A DNA stretch of 64,000 nt from Polyangia bacterium (lineage in GTDB: Bacteria > Myxococcota_A > Polyangia > Fen-1088), in contig JBJMQQ010000131.1 of assembly GCA_045802645.1 (NCBI GenBank), positions 2,050 to 66,049 on the forward strand, read 5' to 3'. This document shows, one piece after another, positions 55,000 through 64,000 of this stretch. Position numbers and translations under genes: made by a program. Every line of letters begins with the position of its first letter. Within the stretch, counting starts at the first letter, position 1. The notes under the pieces were generated by a model. The model was not told where the DNA came from. It made no database searches and saw only the letters and a list, made by a program, of their open reading frames with translations.

Positions 55000-55671
55000 T
55001 CAGTCGCGCGCGGACTCGTACTGCTCGCGCAGCGCGATGCCGTCCGGCAGGTTCATCGCGGTCACCGTCGCCAGGTAGTCGCTGAACCGGTATTGCACGC
55101 GGGCGCTGTGCAGCGGGCCGCCCGCCAGCGCGAGGGCGGTGGCCTCGCCGGCCAGCGCGCCACCGCCAAGCTGGGCGGATAGCTCATGTCGGAGGCTCTC
55201 GAACAGTCCGGCGGCGCTGCCTCCGGATAAATGTCCGCGCAGCGTCGACACGGAGACGAGGCGCCCATCGGGCGCAAAGCCGAACGTCACCTCGTCGTAC
55301 GTCGGGATCTGCCGGCAGGTCAGCAGCGCCGACGGACGGGCGCGCGCCGCGCAGATCGCGCCTCGCCCGGCGGCCCACCGCTGTACGTCCGCCACCCGCG
55401 CGGCGTCGAGCTGCAGCCCCAGCGCCGGTCGCGCGGGCGCGGCGGTCGGACCGCGCAGGTCGCGCACGCCGCGCATCCGCAGCGCCTCGGCCGCCTGCGG
55501 CGTGACGGCACGGGCGGGACACGTCACGCCCAGGTGCCGCATGAACGGCCGCCCGGCGGACGTGTGCAGGAACCCCATCGCGGCGACGAAGACCGCCGTC
55601 GCGCCGCCGCTCCAGGCCAGCGCGCGCACCAGGGGCCGCCGGCGTCGCCGGATGAGTCGCGACCGCATCAT
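55000..55671 (-). CDS. hypothetical single-pass membrane protein
   Basis: The ATGATG at 55671 overlaps the upstream stop (ATGA). Arg-rich N-terminus, then LAWSGGATAVFVAAMGFL. No recognisable domain. Confidence 0.5.
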   Translation of the reverse strand: MMRSRLIRRRRRPLVRALAWSGGATAVFVAAMGFLHTSAGRPFMRHLGVTCPARAVTPQAAEALRMRGVRDLRGPTAAPARPALGLQLDAARVADVQRWAAGRGAICAARARPSALLTCRQIPTYDEVTFGFAPDGRLVSVSTLRGHLSGGSAAGLFESLRHELSAQLGGGALAGEATALALAGGPLHSARVQYRFSDYLATVTAMNLPDGIALREQYESARD

Positions 55672-56249
55672 TGTGCCGCGCCGCCGTCGCACGCCGACTT
55701 CGCGACGGGCGTCGCCGACACGACCTGCGTCTTGATCCCCGTGACCGCCCCCGCGATCGTCGCGATGTCCGCGTCGGCGACACCGTCGGCTTTCAGCACG
55801 CCGCCGAAGTCCATCACGAACTTGTCGAACACCGGCCCTGGGATGCCGAGCCCGGCGTGAATCGCCGTCATGTCGACGCAGGTGTCCCCCTCGTCGTTGA
55901 CGCCGGGATAGGTGGCCGGCCCGCCGAAGAGCGCCGTGAACTGCAAGCGCAGGCAGCTCTTGAGGCGCGCGACCGAGTCGTGGCCGCTGGTGCCGACCAC
56001 CGCGAAGTACGGCGCGATCTCGCAATCCGCCAGCACACCAGCGACGGCGTCGTCGACGACCTTGGGGATCGCCGCACCGTACTTGTCGTACAGCGTCGGG
56101 GCGCCGGACGTCCCCGCCGCGCCACTGCCGCCGTGCCCACCGGCCGCCGCCGCGGTTTCGTTGTCACTGCTACAAGCCCCCAGCAGCGTGCCCGCTGCCA
56201 GCATCGCCGCCACCACGGTCAAGGCCCCAGTCGATCTCGATCGGTTCAT
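55668..56249 (-). CDS. lipoprotein with group-1 truncated-haemoglobin-like domain
   Basis: RBS ggagga lies before the ATG at 56249. Lipobox TLLGAC. TLYDKYGAAIPKVVDD..., LKSCLRLQFTALFGGPATYPG and MTAIHAGLGI parallel the trHbN strings ([38 protein letters not shown]). Confidence 0.6.
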   Translation of the reverse strand: MNRSRSTGALTVVAAMLAAGTLLGACSSDNETAAAAGGHGGSGAAGTSGAPTLYDKYGAAIPKVVDDAVAGVLADCEIAPYFAVVGTSGHDSVARLKSCLRLQFTALFGGPATYPGVNDEGDTCVDMTAIHAGLGIPGPVFDKFVMDFGGVLKADGVADADIATIAGAVTGIKTQVVSATPVAKSACDGGAAQ

Positions 56250-56294
56250 GTCGTCCTCCACCCGCAGCTACACGCGGAGAACGGATTCGGATCT

Positions 56295-56984
56295 CTACTG
56301 GCGTGACAGGGCCAGCAGGATGCGCCCGCGCAGCGTCAGCGGTTGCAGCTTGCCTTCGTTCACGACCAGCGCGATGCAGGGCTCGCCCGGCGCGACCCGC
56401 TGCTGGTGGCGCTCGCCCGGTTCGCGTACGGAGATATCCCCCCGCCCGAAGCGGGCGCCCTCTTCTTCCAGCGCGCCGCTGAAAACGACGATGTGCTCAG
56501 GACCGCCGTGATCGTGCAGGGGGATCGTGATCCCGCCCTTGAAGGCGATCAGCCGAACGACGTCGTCGGCTGCGCCAACCGGCAGGTTGATCGCCCGGAC
56601 GCCCGGAATCACGAGCCGCCAGCGAACCGGTACTTGCGCCCGCCCCAGGACGGCTCGCAGCGTCCGCGGCAGGCCATACGGACGCAGCAGCTCCGGGACC
56701 TCGGGCAAGGCGGCGGCCGCTCTTGGTTGCGGCGCCGCGTCCAGCCGCGCCAGCACCGACGCCAGCGCGTCAGGCCGCAGCTCGGCCGATCCGGCGGTCT
56801 CCAGCAAGGCGCCGCCCAGCACCTCCAGCTCGGCGACGCGCGCGCTGCAGGCCGCGCAGAGCGCCACGTGGCAGGCGATCGCCAGCGAGGCCCCCTCGCT
56901 GGCCGTCCCCGCCGCGTGCGCGAGCAACCCCTCGTCGGGAACGTGGTGGTGGATGGTCGGGGTGGTGTTGCCGGACGCCGTCAT
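56295..56984 (-). CDS. chrR: ChrR-type anti-sigma factor (ZAS motif + cupin domain)
   Basis: The ATG at 56984 overlaps the sigma stop (ATGA). HxxxCxxC appears as CHVALCAAC. C-terminal cupin string IPLHDHGGPEHIVVFSGAL. Confidence 0.75.
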   Translation of the reverse strand: MTASGNTTPTIHHHVPDEGLLAHAAGTASEGASLAIACHVALCAACSARVAELEVLGGALLETAGSAELRPDALASVLARLDAAPQPRAAAALPEVPELLRPYGLPRTLRAVLGRAQVPVRWRLVIPGVRAINLPVGAADDVVRLIAFKGGITIPLHDHGGPEHIVVFSGALEEEGARFGRGDISVREPGERHQQRVAPGEPCIALVVNEGKLQPLTLRGRILLALSRQ

Positions 56985-57601
56985 TCCTTGCTCCTCGCGT
57001 GCATGAGCTCGCGCAGCCGCGCCAGGGCCAGGCGGACGCGCGTCTTGGCCGTTCCGAGCGGGATCTGGGCCTCTTCGGCGCACTCCTGCAGCGTCTGCCC
57101 GCGCCAGTAGGCGGCCAGCAGGATCCCGCGCTGCTCCGGCGGAAGCTGCTCGACCGACGCCGCCATGAGCCGCGTCGCCTGGGCGCCCATCAGCTGCTGC
57201 TCGGTGTCCGGCGGCGGTTCGACTTCGTCGGCGACGTCCAGCTCCGGGGCGCCCCGCCCGCCACGCCGCACGTGATTGAGGAGGCAGTTCCGGCTGATGG
57301 TGAACAGCCACGTCGCGAGGCCCCCCCTGCCGGCATCGAACAGCGCCGCCTTGCGCCAGAGCAGCAGCATCGTCTCCTGCGTGAGGTCGTCCGCGATGCC
57401 CGCCGGCGTCCCCCGCGCGACGAGGTGCGCCTTCACGCGGGGCGCATACCGCCGGAACAGCAACCCGAACGCCTCCCGGTCGGCGCGGTCGGCCACGGCG
57501 GCCATCAGCGCCGCGTCATCGGTCGGCTCGTCCACCCTGTCCAACGCCCGCCTCAAGCTAGCACCGCAGGTACTGATTCGGGGGCCGGCCGGCAAGAACA
57601 T
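56981..57601 (-). CDS. ECF sigma factor, RpoE(ChrR-partner) type
   Basis: DDLTQETMLLLWRKA...LATWLFTISRNCLLNHVR. Region 4 RGILLAAYWRGQTLQECAEEAQIPLGTAKTRVRLAL. The start is uncertain (ATG 57601 or a downstream GTG/ATG). Confidence 0.8.
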   Translation of the reverse strand: MFLPAGPRISTCGASLRRALDRVDEPTDDAALMAAVADRADREAFGLLFRRYAPRVKAHLVARGTPAGIADDLTQETMLLLWRKAALFDAGRGGLATWLFTISRNCLLNHVRRGGRGAPELDVADEVEPPPDTEQQLMGAQATRLMAASVEQLPPEQRGILLAAYWRGQTLQECAEEAQIPLGTAKTRVRLALARLRELMHARSKE

Positions 57602-57615
57602 AGCCTCACGTCCGG

Positions 57616-57641
57616 TACACGCGCCGGGCCCGGCCGGATCT
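57616..57641 (-). promoter_or_regulatory. GATCC-N17-GTA motif upstream of the sigma/ChrR operon (possible autoregulated ECF promoter)
   Basis: The minus strand reads aGATCCggccgggcccggcgcgtGTAcc. This resembles the recalled Rhodobacter RpoE-type TGATCC...GTA promoter. Confidence 0.25.
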
Positions 57642-57650
57642 CTCGAACGC

Positions 57651-57686
57651 AAAAAAAAGGGGAGAGGCCGTCGGGCCCCTCCCCTT
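57651..57686 (-). terminator. intrinsic terminator of groEL
   Basis: The minus strand reads GGGGAGGGG-cccgacgg-CCTCTCCCC followed by TTTTTTTT, 24 nt after the groEL stop. Confidence 0.8.
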
Positions 57687-57709
57687 GGATTCAACTGATC
57701 AGGTGACGA

Positions 57710-59703
<1,994 letters not shown>

Positions 59704-59755
59704 GTGTCTCTCTCCTTCGTTCGCGTTTCTTAAAAGCGTCCGGGCCCGGCCTTGT

Positions 59756-60055
59756 TCAGGCAGCCTCAGACTTTTTGCCTTTGCTCGACTTGGTGGTCGA
59801 GGTGGAGGCGGACTTCGTTTCTTTGGTGGTGGAATCTTTGGACGAGCCCTGCTCGGCGGCGCCGTTCGGCTTGGGGCCGGAGTACAGGTCCGAGTACCAG
59901 CCGCCGCCCTTCAGGTGGAAGGAGGTCTGGCTGATGAGGCGCTCGACCTTCTTCGCCTTACACTTGGGGCAGACCTTGACCGGCGGGTCTTTGATCTTCT
60001 GCCACTCCTCGAACTGGTGGCCGCAAGCGGCGCAGGCGTACTCGTAGATCGGCAT
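59756..60055 (-). CDS. FmdB-family zinc-ribbon protein with Ser/Thr/Lys-rich tail
   Basis: [40 protein letters not shown] is the CxxC...CxxC FmdB pattern. An upstream TTG at 60091 is an alternative start. Confidence 0.7.
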   Translation of the reverse strand: MPIYEYACAACGHQFEEWQKIKDPPVKVCPKCKAKKVERLISQTSFHLKGGGWYSDLYSGPKPNGAAEQGSSKDSTTKETKSASTSTTKSSKGKKSEAA

Positions 60056-60063
60056 GCGGGCGA

Positions 60064-60091
60064 AGCATAAACACCCCGCCCGGGTCGTCAA
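60064..60091 (-). promoter_or_regulatory. sigma70-like TTGACG-N16-TATGCT
   Basis: The minus strand reads TTGACGacccgggcggggtgttTATGCTtcgcccgcATG. The -10 element is only 8 nt from the ATG, so either the mRNA is leaderless or the match is fortuitous. Confidence 0.25.
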
Positions 60092-60163
60092 GCAACCTTC
60101 GAGAGTGCTAAAAATCTGGCACTTTGCCGTTACATTACGGCGACTTAGAAAAGCCAGATTCCG

Positions 60164-60190
60164 CTGGCGCTCGACCCGTCCCAGTGCTAA
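60164..60190 (-). promoter_or_regulatory. degenerate CIRCE-like inverted repeat
   Basis: The minus strand reads TTAGCACTG-N9-GAGCGCCAG, against the consensus TTAGCACTC-N9-GAGTGCTAA (8/9 and 6/9 matches). It overlaps the end of hisG. Confidence 0.2.
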
Positions 60191-60867
60191 CGGACGACTT
60201 TTCGGAGCGCCGAGAGCAGCGCGTCGATGCGCTCGCCGTGCAGCTTCGCGGCGGCCCGCCCGACACAGACCCGGGCGCTGACCTCGAGGATTGTCTCGAC
60301 CTCGCGGAGGTTGTGCTGGCGGAGAGTCTCGCCGGTCGAAACGACGTCGACGATGCGGTCGGCGAGCCCGACGAGCGGCGCGATTTCGATCGAGCCGTAC
60401 AGCTTGATGATCTCCGCGACTGTCCCCCGCGCCTGCAGGTGCCGCCGCGTGATCTCGGCGAGCTTCGTGGCGTAGCGCAGATGCACGTGCGCGTTCTCGT
60501 CGACCGGGCGGTCCTCTGGTTCGGCGACGACCATGCGGCAGCGGCTGATCCCCAGGTCCAGCGGCTCGTAGAGGTCGCGGTCCTGCTCTTCCAGGACGTC
60601 GCGCCCGGCGATGCCCAGATGCGCGGCGCCGTGCTCGACGTACGCGGGAACGTCCGTGTCGCGCACGATCAGCACGCGCAGGTCGTGCTCGGGAATCGGG
60701 ATGATCAGCCGGCGCCCGGCCCGCGCCTTGTCGGCGGCTCCCAGGTCGATGCCGGCCTTCGCAAACAGCGGCAGCGCCTCATCCAAAATGCGCCCGCGCG
60801 GCAGCGCAATCGTCAGGATCTCGGCGGCCTCGACGGTGCCGCCGGCTTCTTTGGCTTTTTTCTTCAC
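60187..60867 (-). CDS. hisG: ATP phosphoribosyltransferase, short form
   Basis: [23 protein letters not shown]...[27 protein letters not shown]...[10 protein letters not shown]. The GTG at 60867 overlaps the murA stop (GTGA). Confidence 0.85.
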   Translation of the reverse strand: MKKKAKEAGGTVEAAEILTIALPRGRILDEALPLFAKAGIDLGAADKARAGRRLIIPIPEHDLRVLIVRDTDVPAYVEHGAAHLGIAGRDVLEEQDRDLYEPLDLGISRCRMVVAEPEDRPVDENAHVHLRYATKLAEITRRHLQARGTVAEIIKLYGSIEIAPLVGLADRIVDVVSTGETLRQHNLREVETILEVSARVCVGRAAAKLHGERIDALLSALRKVVR

Positions 60868-62126
60868 GCGTTCCCTCGCGCGCGGCGGACGTCGGCGCCC
60901 AGCGCGCGCAGCTTCTTGTCGAGGCGATCGTAGCCGCGATCCAGGTGGTAGATGCGCAAGATCTCGGTCTTGCCCGTCGCGATCAACCCCGCCAGCACCA
61001 GGCACGCGGACGCGCGCAGGTCGGTGGCCATGACCGTCGCGCCCGCCAGCTTGGTCGGGCCGCGCACGATGGCGGTCCGTCCGTCGACGACGATGTCGGC
61101 GCCCATGCGCTGCAGCTCGGGGACGTGCATGTATCGGTTCTCGAAGATCGTCTCCGACAGCACCGACTGCCCCTGCGCCCGCGTCATGAGGACCATGAAC
61201 TGCGCCTGCATGTCGGTCGGGAAACCCGGGAAGGGTTGCGTCGAGATGTCGGCCGGGCTGAACTCGGACTTGCCGCGCACGCGGATGCCGTCCCCCTCGG
61301 CCGTCACCTCGGCACCCGCCGCGCGCAGCTTGGCGATCACGGCGTCCAGGTGCTCGGGCAAACATTCACGGATCAGCACGTCGCCGCGCGTGATCGCCGC
61401 GGCGACCAGCAGCGTGCCGGCCTCGATGCGGTCGGGGATGACCGCGTGCTCGATCGGCTGCAGCTCCTCGACCCCTTCGATCGTGATCAGCGACGTGCCG
61501 GCGCCCCGGATCTTGGCGCCCATCTTGTTCAGCACGCGCCCCAGCTCTTCCACCTCGGGCTCGCGCGCGGAATTCTCCAGGGTGGTCATCCCCTTGGCCA
61601 GCGCGGCCGCCATCATCAAGTTCTCGGTGCCCGTGACGGTCACCATGTCGAACACGATCGTGGCGCCGCGCAGGCGGCGGGCCCGGGCGTTGACGTACCC
61701 ATGCTCGAGGTCGATGCGCGCGCCCATCGCCGCCAGTCCCTTGAGGTGCTGATCGATCGGGCGCGCGCCGATCGCGCACCCGCCCGGCAGCGACACCCGC
61801 GCCTTGCCGTACCGCGCGACCAACGGGCCCAGCACCAGCACGGAGGCGCGCATGGTCTTGACCAGATCGTACGGCGCCTCGTGCTCGACGATGCGCGAGG
61901 TGTCGACGTGCGCGACGCCCTGGCGCACCTCGGGGATCTCGGCGCCGAGGCGCTGCAAGAGCTTCCCCATCGTGCGGACGTCACCCAGTCCCGGGACGTT
62001 CCGGTAGATGGACCGCCCCTGCGCCAGCAGCGACGAGGCCAGAATCGGCAGTGCGGCGTTCTTCGAGCCCGAAACGCGCACCTCGCCTGTCAGGCGCGCG
62101 CCTCCGCGGATGACGATCTTCTGCAA
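60864..62126 (-). CDS. murA: UDP-N-acetylglucosamine 1-carboxyvinyltransferase
   Basis: [29 protein letters not shown]...[13 protein letters not shown]...[12 protein letters not shown]. 420 aa. Confidence 0.95.
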   Translation of the reverse strand: MQKIVIRGGARLTGEVRVSGSKNAALPILASSLLAQGRSIYRNVPGLGDVRTMGKLLQRLGAEIPEVRQGVAHVDTSRIVEHEAPYDLVKTMRASVLVLGPLVARYGKARVSLPGGCAIGARPIDQHLKGLAAMGARIDLEHGYVNARARRLRGATIVFDMVTVTGTENLMMAAALAKGMTTLENSAREPEVEELGRVLNKMGAKIRGAGTSLITIEGVEELQPIEHAVIPDRIEAGTLLVAAAITRGDVLIRECLPEHLDAVIAKLRAAGAEVTAEGDGIRVRGKSEFSPADISTQPFPGFPTDMQAQFMVLMTRAQGQSVLSETIFENRYMHVPELQRMGADIVVDGRTAIVRGPTKLAGATVMATDLRASACLVLAGLIATGKTEILRIYHLDRGYDRLDKKLRALGADVRRARGNA

Positions 62127-62139
62127 ACGCCGCTACGTT

Positions 62140-62436
62140 CTACGCGGGGGCGGCGCCGCCCTCGGCGGGGGCAGCACCCTCGGGCGCGGCCACCCCGGCG
62201 TGCTCGTCACAGAGCCCACCGTGGGTTCGCGGCTTGCGGCAAGCTTCCTTGCTGCAGATCTTGTAGCGGTGGTTGTCGCCCACGTCGCCGCGGCGCCAGC
62301 CGATGAAGTGCTTGCGGCAGAGGCCTTTGGCCCGCACCGGCTGCTTGCACTTGTCGACCGAGCAGGTCCCGGCGCCGGTCTCGGCCGCTACGGCCGGAGC
62401 CGTCGTCTTCGCTTCTTTCTTGCTTTCGTCCGCCAT
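62140..62436 (-). CDS. small protein with two CCCH zinc-knuckle-like units
   Basis: ATG at 62436 (MADESKKEAK...). CSVDKCKQPVRAKGLCRKHF and CSKEACRKPRTHGGLCDEHA are two copies of C-x4-C-x9-C-x2-H. Confidence 0.5.
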   Translation of the reverse strand: MADESKKEAKTTAPAVAAETGAGTCSVDKCKQPVRAKGLCRKHFIGWRRGDVGDNHRYKICSKEACRKPRTHGGLCDEHAGVAAPEGAAPAEGGAAPA

Positions 62437-62516
62437 GGCAGCCGGCCACTTTAGGTGGTCGCGGCCGAGAGTCAAGCGAACGCCCTCCTTGGCCATCCCG
62501 TGGTAGAGAAAACCGG

Positions 62517-63680
62517 ATGAAGATCGAGCTGGCTGACCGCATCCGCGAGCTGCCCCCCTACCTGTTCGCGCGCATCGACGCGTTGAAGAACGAGGAGCGG
62601 AAGAAGGGCAAGGACCTCATCGACCTGGGCATCGGCGACCCCGACCTGCCCACCCCCGAGCACATCGTGGCGGCGCTGGCCGAGGCGGCGCGCGACCCGA
62701 GCACCCACCGGTATCCGTCGTACGTGGGCATGGAGGCCTTCCGGAAGGCGGCGGCCGAGTTCATGAAGTCGCGGTTCGGCCTGACGTTCGACGCGCAGAA
62801 AGAGGTCATCTGCGTCATCGGCTCCAAGGAGGCCATCGCCCACTTCCCGTTCGCATTCGTCAACCCGGGCGACATCGTCCTTTGCCCGGACCCGGGCTAC
62901 CCGGTGTACGCGACGCTGACCCGGTTCGCGGGCGGCGAGCCCTATTTCCTGCCGCTGCGGCGCGAAAGCGGCTTCCTGCCCGACCTGGACGCCATTCCAG
63001 CGGATGTCGCGCGGCGCGCGAAGATCCTCTGGATCAACTACCCCAACAACCCGACGGCCGCGCTGGCGGCGCCTGGCTTTTACGAGAAGGTGGTCGCCTT
63101 CGCCGAGAAGAACGACGTCATCGTCGCCAGCGACCTCGCCTACAGCGAGATGTACTACGAGTCGCCGCCGCCCTCGTTTCTCGAGACGCCCGGCGCGCGC
63201 GAAGTGGGGATCGAGTTCCACTCGCTCTCGAAGACGTACAACATGACCGGCTGGCGCGTCGGCTGGGCTTGCGGCAACGCGAAGCTGGTCGGGGGCCTGG
63301 GCCAGGTGAAGACCAACGTCGACTCGGGCGCGTTCGACGCCGTCCAGCGCGCCGCCATCGCCGCGCTGACGGGCGATCAGGCCTGCGTCGCGCGGCAACG
63401 GTCGATCTATCGCGAGCGGCGCGACGTCCTGTGCGGTGGCCTCAAGAAGGCCGGCTTCGACGTGCTGGTCCCGAAGGCCAGCTTCTACACGCTGATTGCC
63501 AACCCGCGGGGGATCAACTCGATCGACTTCGCGTCGCGCCTGCTCACCGAGGCGGGCATCGTCGCGACGCCCGCCACCGGGTTCGGCGCGGCGGGCGAGG
63601 GATTCGTGCGCATGACCGTTTGCGCCGACAAGGCGCGCCTGGCCGAAGCCGTGGATAGGCTCGCCAAGCTGAAGCTGTGA
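62517..63680 (+). CDS. dapL: class I/II PLP aminotransferase, LL-diaminopimelate aminotransferase-like
   Basis: MKIELADRIRELPPYLFARIDALK...IDLGIGDPDLPTP. YPNNPT. The PLP-lysine region is SLSKTYNMTGWRVG. Confidence 0.65.
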   Translation: MKIELADRIRELPPYLFARIDALKNEERKKGKDLIDLGIGDPDLPTPEHIVAALAEAARDPSTHRYPSYVGMEAFRKAAAEFMKSRFGLTFDAQKEVICVIGSKEAIAHFPFAFVNPGDIVLCPDPGYPVYATLTRFAGGEPYFLPLRRESGFLPDLDAIPADVARRAKILWINYPNNPTAALAAPGFYEKVVAFAEKNDVIVASDLAYSEMYYESPPPSFLETPGAREVGIEFHSLSKTYNMTGWRVGWACGNAKLVGGLGQVKTNVDSGAFDAVQRAAIAALTGDQACVARQRSIYRERRDVLCGGLKKAGFDVLVPKASFYTLIANPRGINSIDFASRLLTEAGIVATPATGFGAAGEGFVRMTVCADKARLAEAVDRLAKLKL

Positions 63681-63684
63681 CCGC

Positions 63685-64000
63685 ATGAAGCCGATCGCGA
63701 TCTCGCTGGGAGACCCGGCGGGGATCGGGCCCGAGGTCGTCGCCCGCGCGATGATGGAGCGGCCGAACGTCGACCTGCTGGTGTTCGGCGATCCCGGCGT
63801 GCTCGCGCGCGCGGCCTCCGCGGTCGGCGTCGCGGCGCCGCCGCCAGAGCGGGTCCGCGCCGTCACCAAGCTCGGCGCCGGTGAGGTGACGCCCGGGCGC
63901 CCGGACGACGCTTCGGGGCGCGCGCAGCTCGCTTACCTGACGGCCGCCACCGACGCGGCGCTGGCCGGCGAGGTCGCCGCGCTGGTGACCGCGCCGATCT
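63685..64000 (+). CDS. pdxA: 4-hydroxythreonine-4-phosphate dehydrogenase, C-terminus cut by window edge
   Basis: ATG at 63685. MKPIAISLGDPAGIGPEVV...LVTAPI matches the PdxA N-terminal half. The frame is open to the window end. Confidence 0.8.
   Translation, partial: MKPIAISLGDPAGIGPEVVARAMMERPNVDLLVFGDPGVLARAASAVGVAAPPPERVRAVTKLGAGEVTPGRPDDASGRAQLAYLTAATDAALAGEVAALVTAPI

Noticed and set aside
60085-60111. Perfect CIRCE half-site TTAGCACTC (minus strand)
   Set aside because: The partner half at the 9-nt spacing matches only 4/9 positions, so it is not a complete CIRCE operator. It is kept only as context in the groESL finding.
60116-60132. TGGCAC on the plus strand, resembling a sigma54 -24 box
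   Set aside because: There is no TTGC at the required -12 spacing (TGGCACTTTGCCGTT). No plus-strand gene lies downstream.

Overview
High-GC (about 70% by eye) chromosomal segment. It looks myxobacterial or Polyangia-like: GroEL has a GGM tail, there are AgmX/PglI-type domains, four ECF sigma modules, and many lipoproteins with Gly/Ser/Thr tethers after the lipobox. I call about 58 protein-coding genes. I saw no rRNA, tRNA, CRISPR array, transposase or integrase. The high GC content makes the six-frame track full of long spurious antisense or out-of-frame ORFs and run-on ORFs that fuse neighbouring genes. I resolved gene boundaries from internal start codons, signal peptides or lipoboxes, ribosome-binding sites, and a recurring 4-nt ATGA/GTGA stop-start overlap. 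Housekeeping genes include acyl-CoA dehydrogenase, lysA, gap, coaX, rimO, groES/groEL, hisG, murA, a DapL-like aminotransferase, pdxA, and an NAGS-like plus ArgE-like pair. Accessory content is mostly extracytoplasmic: GH31, a GH54-like enzyme, LamG and jelly-roll lipoproteins, and several repeat proteins. The strongest candidates for an undescribed system are: (1) 43.5-48.1 kb, where three paralogous 22-cysteine lipoproteins are interleaved with a MauG/CCP-like di-haem lipoprotein, preceded by a membrane-fused TlpA thioredoxin and followed by a bacterial Fam20-like secretory-kinase homologue; (2) a PilZ / ECF sigma / anti-sigma / exported orthocaspase operon at 50.9-55.0 kb; (3) two four-gene cassettes with the same architecture (ECF sigma, anti-sigma, exported protein, lipoprotein) at 12.1-15.4 kb and 33.4-37.2 kb; (4) a sigmaE-ChrR operon carrying a lipoprotein truncated globin. 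All functional calls rest on motif recognition by eye and recalled family signatures. No database search was run.
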